From NCBI GenBank assembly GCA_964416685.1, contig CAYQFN010000001.1, forward strand, positions 1 through 35,045: a stretch of 35,045 nucleotides of DNA, given 5' to 3'. Below the pieces are notes generated by a model. The model was not told where the DNA came from. It was given only the letters and a program-made list of their open reading frames with translations, and made no database searches. Position numbers and translations under genes: made by a program. Numbering within the stretch: position 1 is the first letter of the stretch; every line of letters starts with the position of its first letter. The DNA comes from an uncultured Thermotogae bacterium (GTDB lineage Bacteria > Bipolaricaulota > Bipolaricaulia > UBA7950 > UBA9294). Below, piece after piece: positions 7,521 to 16,656 of this stretch.

Positions 7521-10500
7521 ATGAAACGCATACTAATACTTTTGCTGATCCTATCTGCTCTCGCTGTTCCAGCCTTTTCCGCAGCACCGCTCTCAGTAGG
7601 GGTCGACCAGACCACACGCAGTGACTGGAATGCTATTGTCGCGTCATTCGAGGAAAACACGCGCATCAAGGTCAACCTTCATCCGTATCCTGAGAACAGT
7701 CTCGCCCAGCAGGCAGTGATCGAGAAAACGACCCGCGCGGGGAAGATCAACCTGATCATGCTGAGAAACGACTGGGCGCGCAGCTTGCAGCGTTACACAA
7801 TCGACTTAAGTCACTACGAGCAGCGTCTAACGGATGCTGGCGCGAAGCTGATGTATGTGAGCGGCCAGCCGCTTGGAGTGATCATCCCGTTTGCTCCCGA
7901 CTGGTTCCTTGCGCTCATCGCCTGGCCAGGGAATCCTGAGGATGCGATTTCGTTCCTCTCTTCATTGACCGCTGGGCCAACCTTTGCCACGCCGGCGCCG
8001 TCTAAGGTGAGCCCGGAGGCGATGATCAAGTCGTTCGCCACGACGAAGATCGCTCGTTCCGAGCACAATCCGAAACTCGATGGTTCCCTGGAAGCGCTCC
8101 TCGGGGCGGTGCAGTCAACGGTCGGTCCGATGACCGCTAACTTCATGAGTAGGCTTCCAGTGCAAGCCCAGACTGCGTTGAGCGGGTTGGCAAAGCTCTA
8201 CGGGATTCCGTTTTCCGCCGCGACATCGACAGTAACAGTGGTCCTAGAGACACAAGGCGGACGTACGAGCAGCGCAAGCGTGGCGGCTCTATCCGCATTG
8301 GGCGTGAGTAAATCGTCAATAGAGGCATCAGCAAGCCTGATCAAGGTAAGCGTGCCCCTGTCACAACTCTCAACAATCGTCAATCAAATCAGCGGGATAT
8401 CCTTCATCAGGGGGCCGTACAAGCCGTATCCATTGTCGATCACCGGTCAGGGGATCCACGCGATCAATGCTGATGTGTTGCACGCTTCCGGTGTCACTGG
8501 GAGTGGGGTGAAAGTAGCGATCATCGATCTCGGCTTCGCCGGACTATCGCAGGCACAGTCGCGAGGAGACATCCCCGTGTCGGTGCAGCAGTACGATGTA
8601 ACCGGGACGGGGCTCACCAGTGGGATCAGCCACGGGACCGCTGTAGCAGAGATCTTGCACGAGATCGCGCCCGATGCGCAGCTCTATCTGATCAAGATCG
8701 CCGATGAGGTGGACCTCGATCAGGCGGTCACCTACTGCCTGAACAACGGAATCAAGATTATCAGCCATTCTCTGGGATGGTACAACACCAATTTCTACGA
8801 CGGAACGGGGACAGTCGCCGACATCGCCAAGCGGGCGATTCAAGGAGGCATCCTATGGGTGAACGCCGCTGGGAACGAGGCGCAGAGCCACTGGGAAGGA
8901 ACCTTTAGAGATAACAATTCAGATGGGTGGAACGACCAGTCGGTCAGTTTCTCTGCCAGTGCCGGGCAACAGATCATCCTGTACATGACGTGGAACGATT
9001 GGCCGAAGGCTTCTTCCGACTACGACCTCTACCTGTATGATCCATCGAACAACGTTGTCGCCTCCTCGACAAAGCACCAAACGGGGACAGAGGAGCCGAC
9101 CGAGTCGATCATCACCACCGCCAGTTCCAGTGGCACCTACCACATAAAGGTGAAGGGGACCGGTGGCAAGAAGATCGAGATCTACAACTTGTACCAGAAT
9201 CTGTCGCCAGCGATCGCCTCAAGTTCGATCCTCGCGCCGGGAAACGTAGACCAGGTCGTTACAGTTGGCGCGATTGATTACCACCACTACTCGTCTGGTT
9301 CGCAGGAACCGTATAGCTCGCAAGGGCCGACGAACGACGGTCGAGCAAAGCCTGACCTGTGCGCACCGGACAACGTCACGACCGGTACAAGCCCGTATAC
9401 GACCTTTGCTGGAACATCTGGAGCCACCCCGCACGTCAGCGGCGCGGCAGCACTGTTACTATCTGAAAACCCGTCCATGTCCGAATCTGCTCTACGAAGC
9501 GAGCTCCTCTCCGAGACCGTCTCTATGGGCTCACCGTACATCTACGGACACGGAAGATTGGTCCTCACGCCGATTGCAGCGCCTAATCAGTCACCGCATG
9601 CGGCCTTCAACATGAGCACATCCTCGACGGCCGTGGGATCATCCGTCTCGTTCAACGCTTCAGCATCGTCGGATAGCGACGGAAGCATCGTAAACTACGC
9701 GTGGCAGTTCGGCGACGGAGCTTCAGCCTCCGGGGTGACAACACAGCACGCATATGCTACGACTGGAACGTTCACCGTTCGCCTTACCGTCAGAGACAAC
9801 GACGGAGCTACGGATACGACGCAGCAGCAGGTGCACGTCTCTACCGCGGCCAAGGCTGACCTAGTGGTAGCGGGAATCACCCACTCTCCGGCACAGCCGA
9901 CGATTGGAGCGAACATTACATTCCTCGTCAATGTAAAAAACCAAGGAACAAGTAACGCTTCGCAATTCCGTGTCAAGCTTAGTGGAAACGGATCGAGCGT
10001 GAACAAGTACGTCACGTCATTGTCCGCTGGCGGATCGACCAATATCTCGCTCGTCCTACCACTGACTCAATCTCCAGAGACGTTCACAGTCACTGTCGAC
10101 GATACGAACCAGGTTCCAGAGTCGAACGAGGCCAACAACCAGGGCCAAGAAACGGTGCAGCAAGGCTCGCAGCCAGTGGCTGCCGATGCCGGTGGGCCGT
10201 ACTCTGGGGCTCCCGGACATGCAATTACGTTCAACGGCTCTGGTTCTAGTGGTCCGATCAGCGATTACACGTGGAACTTTGGCGATGGAGGAAGCGCGCA
10301 TGGCGTCAATCCGACGCACGCTTACGCAAGCGCTGGCACGTACACAGTGACGCTCACGGTGACGGGGACGGGGACCCGCGATACGGACACAGCGCCTGTG
10401 ACGATCAGTGCCCCAGCTCCTAGCGCAGGCGCCTGGATTAGTCCGGTCGGGTACACTGATTCAAGTAGGTTATACCTCTACCCAGAGAGAGCCTACGACG

Positions 10501-12578
10501 ACAATCCAGATAGCGCTGCCTTTACGCGCATCGGACTGCGCCAATTCGTCTGGACGACTCCGCTTGAGCTAAGACTGAGCGCGCCGACACAATGCGACGG
10601 CGTTAGGTTCATGGTATCGGATGATTATGGCGCGTGGGCCTACAGCACGATCGTTGTGGATGTCTATGCGGGCCATAGCTGGACAAATGTATATAAAGCA
10701 CCGGTTTCCGAGGGCACCTGGAAAACGGTATCGTTTAGCGCAAGAGCTATCAGTGCAATGAGGATAACGGCTAGGCGAAACAGCGTGCCCAGGGACATCA
10801 AATTCTACATCAATGAAGCTCAGTTTCATCAGCTTGGTAGCGCTCCCGGACCTGCCAACCAGCCTCCGAGTGCAGCGTTCTCGTACTCACCGAGTTCTCC
10901 CAATGTTGGACAGCAAGTGACGTTCAACGGGTCGAGTTCTGGCGATTCTGACGGATCGATCGTCTCTTATCAATGGAACTTCGGCGATGGGACAGGAGGC
11001 AGTGGAGCGGTTGTGCAACACGCCTACGCCAGCAGCGGAACGTACCAGGCTCGCTTGACAGTCATCGACAACGACGGTGCAAGTAACGCGGCTACGCATA
11101 ATGTGACGGTTGCGCAGGCAGCCCCTGGGCTCTCCATTCAGCTTTCGCTTCCCAAATCGTTGTATCAAGTGGGCGAGGCGATACTAATCAATTACACATT
11201 GAACCGTGAAGCATACGTCTACATCTGTGAGGCGGACGCCAGTGGTAAGTTAAGTCTCCTCTACCCGAACTACATCGAGCGGAACAACCGCGTTTCGGCG
11301 GGGACACATAGCCTCCCGAGCGGTGGATATACCTTGCGAGTGAGTGAACCAACAGGAAACGAGACTCTGTACGCATTTGCTGCGACGAGTCCTCTTCCCA
11401 ATTTTCCAACGCAGTTCTCCGGGTCGTTCCCTGTTCTCAGCTATAATCCACCCAGCTTCCGCAACAGTGTCCTGCAGACGATGCAGTCGCAGTTGCCGCC
11501 GGGCGAATACGCCGAGGACTCGCTTGGATTGAGTGTCATAGCGCAAGCCCAGAGCACCGGAACGCTGTGGGTGAGGTCTTCGCCGCAAGGGGCCTCGGTT
11601 ACGATCGATGGCTCGTTCGTGGGTACGACACCAACGCAAGTCACGACAACGGTGGGAACGCACACTGTGAGCATCTCTCTCTCCGGTTATCAGGGCGAAA
11701 CCCGCCAGGCTCCGGTCTACGCCGGACGGACGACCACGGTGCAAGTTCTCTTGCAACCGCAGAGTGTGGGCCCCAGCGCGACGTTCACTGTGAATCCAAC
11801 AGAGGCGACAGTTGGACAGGGGATACTGTTTGACGCCAGTGGTTCAACCGCACCGAGTGGCTGGATCGTCTCCTATAGCTGGGACTTCGGCGATGGAAGC
11901 AGTGCTGCTGGCGTGCAGGCCGTACACGCCTACGCAGCGCCCGGTACGTACACTGTCCGCCTCCTTGTAAGCGACAATCAGGGGAGCACGGCGATGGCGC
12001 AGGCGAGCGTGCCGATCAGCGGTGGATGGATGCCGCCACCTCCCACGGTGGGAGCTCCCGCAATGGGGAATACTCCCGGGATCTTTGTGTGGGGCACGGA
12101 CACGTGGCACATCACGGTGAACGCCGGTGCTGGCTGGATGAGCCCACACAGCTACCGCTTGGAGCTTAGAACCGATGGCTCCTTCCAAGGAGTGAACCAG
12201 TCGACGAGTGGTGGGGTTGTTCCTCTCGGGGTTATTCCCACACCGACAGAGGGCGGCAAGACACTCGTGTTTAACGGGAGCCTACAGGCGGGGAGTGCGG
12301 ACTACACATTCACTGTTCCTAATTCCAAGAGCGTGTGGATGAGCCTGAAGCTGGACATCAACGGAGATGGAACACTTGATGAGTCAGAGAGCTTCGTGTA
12401 CTTGCGGACAATGATGGTCCATCCGCCGGTGGCCCCGTTTGTAGTAGGGCTGCCGAGCGGAAGCAGCGGTCCGCTCGTGCCGAGCATGAACTTCCGTGTG
12501 GGAAGGGGATTGACCTACACATCGAGCGTACGATTCATCATGTGGATGACCTCAATCAACACGCTGGAAGGACACTGA
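7521..12578 (+). CDS. Giant secreted multidomain subtilisin-like serine protease (peptidase S8), 1685 aa
   Basis: Signal peptide MKRILILLLILSALAVPAFSA. Catalytic residues: Asp in VKVAIIDLGF (gat 8526-8528), His in SHGTAVAE (cac 8631-8633), Asn in AAGNEA (8874-8876), Ser in GTSGATPHVSGAAALL (tct 9417-9419). Four PKD-like repeats (W.FGDG...H.Y...G.Y.V.L.V.D) lie at about 9587-9843, 10172-10410, 10858-11112 and 11770-12020. Other modules: CARDB-like (~9856-10160, ...ESNEANN), discoidin/galactose-binding-like (~10425-10840), DUF4384-like (~11125-11400) and PEGA-like (~11560-11755). Confidence 0.9.
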   Translation: MKRILILLLILSALAVPAFSAAPLSVGVDQTTRSDWNAIVASFEENTRIKVNLHPYPENSLAQQAVIEKTTRAGKINLIMLRNDWARSLQRYTIDLSHYEQRLTDAGAKLMYVSGQPLGVIIPFAPDWFLALIAWPGNPEDAISFLSSLTAGPTFATPAPSKVSPEAMIKSFATTKIARSEHNPKLDGSLEALLGAVQSTVGPMTANFMSRLPVQAQTALSGLAKLYGIPFSAATSTVTVVLETQGGRTSSASVAALSALGVSKSSIEASASLIKVSVPLSQLSTIVNQISGISFIRGPYKPYPLSITGQGIHAINADVLHASGVTGSGVKVAIIDLGFAGLSQAQSRGDIPVSVQQYDVTGTGLTSGISHGTAVAEILHEIAPDAQLYLIKIADEVDLDQAVTYCLNNGIKIISHSLGWYNTNFYDGTGTVADIAKRAIQGGILWVNAAGNEAQSHWEGTFRDNNSDGWNDQSVSFSASAGQQIILYMTWNDWPKASSDYDLYLYDPSNNVVASSTKHQTGTEEPTESIITTASSSGTYHIKVKGTGGKKIEIYNLYQNLSPAIASSSILAPGNVDQVVTVGAIDYHHYSSGSQEPYSSQGPTNDGRAKPDLCAPDNVTTGTSPYTTFAGTSGATPHVSGAAALLLSENPSMSESALRSELLSETVSMGSPYIYGHGRLVLTPIAAPNQSPHAAFNMSTSSTAVGSSVSFNASASSDSDGSIVNYAWQFGDGASASGVTTQHAYATTGTFTVRLTVRDNDGATDTTQQQVHVSTAAKADLVVAGITHSPAQPTIGANITFLVNVKNQGTSNASQFRVKLSGNGSSVNKYVTSLSAGGSTNISLVLPLTQSPETFTVTVDDTNQVPESNEANNQGQETVQQGSQPVAADAGGPYSGAPGHAITFNGSGSSGPISDYTWNFGDGGSAHGVNPTHAYASAGTYTVTLTVTGTGTRDTDTAPVTISAPAPSAGAWISPVGYTDSSRLYLYPERAYDDNPDSAAFTRIGLRQFVWTTPLELRLSAPTQCDGVRFMVSDDYGAWAYSTIVVDVYAGHSWTNVYKAPVSEGTWKTVSFSARAISAMRITARRNSVPRDIKFYINEAQFHQLGSAPGPANQPPSAAFSYSPSSPNVGQQVTFNGSSSGDSDGSIVSYQWNFGDGTGGSGAVVQHAYASSGTYQARLTVIDNDGASNAATHNVTVAQAAPGLSIQLSLPKSLYQVGEAILINYTLNREAYVYICEADASGKLSLLYPNYIERNNRVSAGTHSLPSGGYTLRVSEPTGNETLYAFAATSPLPNFPTQFSGSFPVLSYNPPSFRNSVLQTMQSQLPPGEYAEDSLGLSVIAQAQSTGTLWVRSSPQGASVTIDGSFVGTTPTQVTTTVGTHTVSISLSGYQGETRQAPVYAGRTTTVQVLLQPQSVGPSATFTVNPTEATVGQGILFDASGSTAPSGWIVSYSWDFGDGSSAAGVQAVHAYAAPGTYTVRLLVSDNQGSTAMAQASVPISGGWMPPPPTVGAPAMGNTPGIFVWGTDTWHITVNAGAGWMSPHSYRLELRTDGSFQGVNQSTSGGVVPLGVIPTPTEGGKTLVFNGSLQAGSADYTFTVPNSKSVWMSLKLDINGDGTLDESESFVYLRTMMVHPPVAPFVVGLPSGSSGPLVPSMNFRVGRGLTYTSSVRFIMWMTSINTLEGH

Positions 12579-12592
12579 TCAGCAACAATCAA

Positions 12593-12622
12593 GGGGCCGC
12601 CTCGCGCGGCCCCATTTTCTCT
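12593..12622 (+). terminator. Rho-independent terminator of the protease gene
   Basis: GGGGCCGC (12593-12600) pairs with GCGGCCCC (12606-12613) around a 5-nt loop, followed by ATTTTCTCTT. Confidence 0.7.
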
Positions 12623-12692
12623 TCCATCTTCCAGCCCATTGTGGCACGCTCACTAGCAATGCTCCTGTTTACAGAAGGGTAGGTACAGGAGC

Positions 12693-13095
12693 CAGGTGAT
12701 CGGGCGAGTGATCTCGGTTGATGAGGACAGCGCAGCGTTAGCTGAGGAAGCGAAGCTGGACGGGTGCTATGTGTTGAAGACGGATCTCAAGAAGGAAGTA
12801 GCATCCAAAGAGACGATCCACGCGAGGTACTCGGGGGCGTAGTAAATGGGGACGACTACTACACCCCCAAGGATCTAGCATTGGTGGAGTAGTCGTTCCG
12901 CACCAGCAAGCCCGTTACCCTGAAGATACGGCCGGTGTATGTGGACTGAGTCACACACCCGTGGTCATGTATTCGTGGTGATGCTCTCTACCTGATCATC
13001 GCTGAGTTGGCGCGCTGCTGGCATGAGCTAGATATAACGGTCAATGAGGGCTCAAACAGCTTGACGCCATCTGTATCACGCTGCTGTTGGTGAAG
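12693..13095 (+). pseudogene. C-terminal remnant of an IS4/IS1634-type DDE transposase (multiple stops and frameshifts)
   Basis: Hand translation gives QVIGRVISVDEDSAALAEEAKLDGCYVLKTDLKKEVASKETIHARY, then a 38-nt insert, then KDLALVE*SFRTSKPVTLKIRPVYVD*. HTRGHVFVVML follows in a shifted frame, then YLIIAELARCWHELDITVNEG. The Y-x7-E-x6-K spacing (YKDLALVExSFRTSK) fits the YREK-type signature region. The N-terminal catalytic part is absent. Confidence 0.65.
12831..12870. repeat. REP/MITE-like palindromic element inserted in the transposase remnant
   Basis: CTCGGGGGCGTAGTA-AATGGGGACGAC-TACTACACCCCCAAGG. The stem is GGGGGCGTAGTA (12833-12844) with TACTACACCCCC (12857-12868). It interrupts ...HARY|KDLALVE... 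and its 38 nt break the frame. Confidence 0.7.
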
Positions 13096-13411
13096 AGGGA
13101 AGTGACCAGCAAGATTCCCCGTATACGCCTTCAGTCGCCTATCCTCGCCTCAATTCACGGGAACATCCATTGAATCTCCTGCACGGGTTGATTCCCCGCC
13201 CCTTCGGGCGTGCTTCTTGGAAAGCCTCTTGATACACCGTTCGCTTGCAGTGGGGTACTTCACTATCGTGCCTAATTGATCAGTCTTCTGGGACACAACC
13301 ATCTTTTCCATCCGCCCTGCCAGCAGCGTGACTTCCGCATCCCTGTGCGTTATCATGCACCGCCCGTCATCATACAAATGAGCGGAGCAAATCAGCGAGG
13401 GTGAAAGAGCG

Positions 13412-15055
13412 ATGGACTTTGATCACAGCTTGCAGGCGTTACTTACTGGGAAGAATGTTGTCAACAACCCAACCCGAGAATCACAAATCGAAGATGCCGT
13501 AAAGAACAAAGAGGCGTTCGTTAGCGCCTGCGGAGCGCTTGCCACATGGACCCCGGTGGAATCCACCGGACGCAGCCCGCTCGACACCCTCACTGTTCGT
13601 CGTGCGAAGAGCGAAGGCGACATCGATTGGGATTCGCCAAACAACATTCCAATCGACGAAGAGACGTTCGACATGGTTATCGAGGACGCGCTCGCCACGC
13701 TCAATCGCAAGGAGAGGATCTACATCACCGACCGTGTCCTCGGCGCGGATTCCGCATATGCTCTTCCCGTTAAGACGATCACCGATCGAGCTCTCACCGC
13801 CCTGTTCACCGACAACATGTTCCGGCCCATTCCATCGGATATTGAGCGCAGCATCTTCGCCGATCGCCCGTTTGTCATGCTCGTCCTCCCTTACGACAAG
13901 CTCGATCCGAAGCGCTATGAGGGTCGCCTGCGCATCGATCCGCGCCTCGGTGGAACATCAACGATGGTCATTGGCATGGACTACGATCGCAGGATTGGAG
14001 TCGTCTACGGATCAGCTTACGGAGGATCGGTGAAGAAGTTGATGTTCACCGTGATGAACTACCTCCTCCCCGGGGAGGGGATCTTGCCGCTGCACTGCTC
14101 GGCAAACGAAGGAGAGAACGCAGATTCCGCACTCCTCCTCGGCCTCTCCGGAACCGGAAAGACGACCCTCTCCGCCGACCCGCGCCGCTCCCTTCTCGGC
14201 GACGACGAGCACGGATGGAGCGATGACGGGATCGCGAACTTCGAGAACGGCTGCTACGCCAAGCTGATCGACCTCGATCGGAAGAAGGAGCCGGAGATCT
14301 ACAACGCGGTCATGCACAAGGATGACTACCGCAAGCACGGGGCGATCGTAGAGAACGCAATGTTCTATCCCAACGGAGAATTTGACTTATACGACGACCG
14401 CCTCACACCAAACTCCCGCGCCTCCTACCCGCTCACCTACCTCTCCAACATCAAGGCGTCGTCCACCGCGGGACATCCAAAGACGATCCTCTTCCTCACA
14501 GCCGATGCCAACGGTGTCATTCCCCCGATCTCCAAACTGAATCGCGAACAGGCGATGCTCTGGTTCCTGATGGGCTACACCAGCAAGCTAGCGGGGACGG
14601 AGACCGGAATCGTCGAGCCGAAATCCACCTTCTCCCGCTTTTTCGGTGAGCCGTTCATGCCGCGCAACCCGGACGTATACGCGCGCCTCCTCGGCGAGAA
14701 GATGGAGAAGTACGGGACAATCGTTTACCTAGTGAACACAGGCTGGAGCGGGGGCCCGTACGGGGTCGGAAAGCGAATGGACATCAACCTTACGCGCGCG
14801 ATGGTCCACGCTGCCCTCACCGGCGAGCTTGCAACTGTCGATTACGATGAGAACGAGACCTTCCACGTGCTCGTCCCTCGTACTTGCCCCGATGTCCCGC
14901 AAGAGATCCTCAACCCAAGAAACACGTGGGAAGATAAAGCAGCTTACGATGCGCGCGCTGCGAAGCTCGCCTCCGAGTTCGCCGCTCATTTCGATAAGGC
15001 TTACGGAAACAAGGGGATCGAAGAGGCGATCATCCATCAGTGCCCAGGAAAGTGA
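13412..15055 (+). CDS. pckA: Phosphoenolpyruvate carboxykinase (ATP)
   Basis: 547 aa with LLLGLSGTGKTTLSADP (P-loop), GDDEHGW, FENGCYAK and NTGWSGGPYGVGKRM, all hallmarks of ATP-dependent PckA. Confidence 0.93.
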   Translation: MDFDHSLQALLTGKNVVNNPTRESQIEDAVKNKEAFVSACGALATWTPVESTGRSPLDTLTVRRAKSEGDIDWDSPNNIPIDEETFDMVIEDALATLNRKERIYITDRVLGADSAYALPVKTITDRALTALFTDNMFRPIPSDIERSIFADRPFVMLVLPYDKLDPKRYEGRLRIDPRLGGTSTMVIGMDYDRRIGVVYGSAYGGSVKKLMFTVMNYLLPGEGILPLHCSANEGENADSALLLGLSGTGKTTLSADPRRSLLGDDEHGWSDDGIANFENGCYAKLIDLDRKKEPEIYNAVMHKDDYRKHGAIVENAMFYPNGEFDLYDDRLTPNSRASYPLTYLSNIKASSTAGHPKTILFLTADANGVIPPISKLNREQAMLWFLMGYTSKLAGTETGIVEPKSTFSRFFGEPFMPRNPDVYARLLGEKMEKYGTIVYLVNTGWSGGPYGVGKRMDINLTRAMVHAALTGELATVDYDENETFHVLVPRTCPDVPQEILNPRNTWEDKAAYDARAAKLASEFAAHFDKAYGNKGIEEAIIHQCPGK

Positions 15056-15358
15056 ACAGTCTGAGACTGTCCATCGTTTCGAGTGGTTGACGAAATCCTG
15101 ACCGCCAATGACAAGACGCTGTCCTCTCGCCCATTCGCTGCGCTCTTCTGAGCCGCTAAGGGAAAGAGGGAGCACACGCGGAGGTGGGAAGGATTTCCCT
15201 GGCGCACTTGCATGCGGAGGTGAAAGCCTCTATTCGGTGTTCGGACTCGCTTTCGCAACCCGCATTGAGCAGAGGCCTGAATGGACACCAGAAGATAGGA
15301 GACTAGCCTCTGTTGGATTCTCTTTCGTCTTCTACGTGTTTTTCCGCGCCCTACTTTG

Positions 15359-15898
15359 TCAGACCCCGGATTGCAGGATGATCTTCGTTACGTTCTGTAC
15401 CCAGAAGCTCCCCGCGGAGGTGGTATTGTACTCGGCGTTGCTCACGGCGCCATCTTCCGGGAGTACAGCGATGCGAAACCCCATCTGCCAAGCGGGCACC
15501 TCCACATCATCGAACGCGTAGGCGAGGATCATCGGATAATCTGGGTCCTCCACCCGCTCCCGATCGATCGACAGATCATAGCCGTCGGCAGCGACGACAC
15601 GGATGGAGGTGTAATCAACCTCGGAACCGATGAGATCGCTCAAGCGCACTCCGGTATAGGTACCCTTGTCACGCCAGTTGTTGAACTGGTTCTGGTATGT
15701 TCCCTCCCGCTTCAGCGTCGGCATGCGCTTCATCATGGGGAGTGTTACCGTGCGAGTGGTCCCCTCCAAACTGACGATCTCGATCCCCGGCGAATCGACG
15801 TGCAGTGCGGTGCGAATGACGAATGAGGCGATCACGGCCACGATCAGAACGATGAAGCCAACAAGGTACCAGCGCCTAAGATGCGTATTTACAGCCAT
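15359..15898 (-). CDS. Membrane-anchored protein with one extracytoplasmic SUOX/YedY-fold (molybdopterin-oxidoreductase-like) domain
   Basis: 179 aa. N-terminal anchor WYLVGFIVLIVAVIASFVI, then GTYTGVRLSDLIG...IRVVAADGYDLSI...PMILAYAFDDVEVP...GFRIAVLPEDG...FWVQNVTKIIL. There is no Cys at the position of the Moco ligand. The start overlaps the ecfT stop by 10 nt. Confidence 0.7.
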   Translation of the reverse strand: MAVNTHLRRWYLVGFIVLIVAVIASFVIRTALHVDSPGIEIVSLEGTTRTVTLPMMKRMPTLKREGTYQNQFNNWRDKGTYTGVRLSDLIGSEVDYTSIRVVAADGYDLSIDRERVEDPDYPMILAYAFDDVEVPAWQMGFRIAVLPEDGAVSNAEYNTTSAGSFWVQNVTKIILQSGV

Positions 15899-16656
15899 GC
15901 ATACCTCCTAGCGACTATAGTTACACCGATCAACAATAAACAGAGGACAATAACGGCCCAGTCGAAACTCCCCCAACGGCTCTCCTGCGCTGTGGTCCGC
16001 CGTGGATGAAGCCCGAAGCAGCGCCCCTTCATGGAGATCGCGATGCTGTCCACGCGCGTTAACCCCGAGACGAGCACCGGGAGGAAGGTATAGCGGAGCG
16101 CGCGACGCAAGCTGGAGAAGCTGCGGATCGAGGGAGAGAGGCCACGTACACGCTGCGCCTCCCGCACTGTTTTGAGCTCCTGGCGGAAGAACGGCACGAA
16201 GCGCAGCGCGAGAACGAGGATGAACCCATAGCGATACGGGATCCCCAAGCGAATCAGTGCGTGGGCGAAGCGGTCGGGATCGGTCACCATCACAAATAGC
16301 ATGCTCGATGAGAGGATAACGAGGAAACGCAATGCCATCTGCGCGCCGAACAGGAGCCCGCGATCGGTGATGTCTATCCCGAGAGAGAAGAGAGTCTCTC
16401 CATCGTGGATAGAGACCGCCTGCGCCACAAACAGGAAGGCGGCGAAGATAAAGACGAAGCGCGTGCTGCGCAGGAACAGGTTCTCTCCAGATAACGTCGC
16501 AAGCGTGAACACGAGGACAAGGGCCCCCAGTTTGATCAGCACCCCCGGCGCAGCGAGAACGGCAAACAGAAAGCCGAACAGCAGCGCCAGGTTCGCCTCA
16601 GGGGAGGCCCGGTGAAGGCCCCTCGTCCCGGCGGAGTAGGAGATGTGTGAGATCAT
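15889..16656 (-). CDS. ecfT: ECF transporter transmembrane (T) component, CbiQ/EcfT/YkoC family
   Basis: 255 aa from ATG 16656, which overlaps the ATPase stop (ATGA at 16653-16656). GLHRASPEANL at the N-terminus, polytopic, with the coupling region LALRFVPFFRQELKTVREAQRVRG. The longer 325-aa ORF extension is arginine-rich read-through and was rejected. Confidence 0.8.
   Translation of the reverse strand: MISHISYSAGTRGLHRASPEANLALLFGFLFAVLAAPGVLIKLGALVLVFTLATLSGENLFLRSTRFVFIFAAFLFVAQAVSIHDGETLFSLGIDITDRGLLFGAQMALRFLVILSSSMLFVMVTDPDRFAHALIRLGIPYRYGFILVLALRFVPFFRQELKTVREAQRVRGLSPSIRSFSSLRRALRYTFLPVLVSGLTRVDSIAISMKGRCFGLHPRRTTAQESRWGSFDWAVIVLCLLLIGVTIVARRYAWL

Noticed and set aside
13150-13377. 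75-aa minus-strand ORF between the IS remnant and pckA.
   Set aside because: It has no recognisable family and no clear RBS, and it lies in the probable pckA promoter region. It may be an IS-associated relic, but the evidence is too weak to call.
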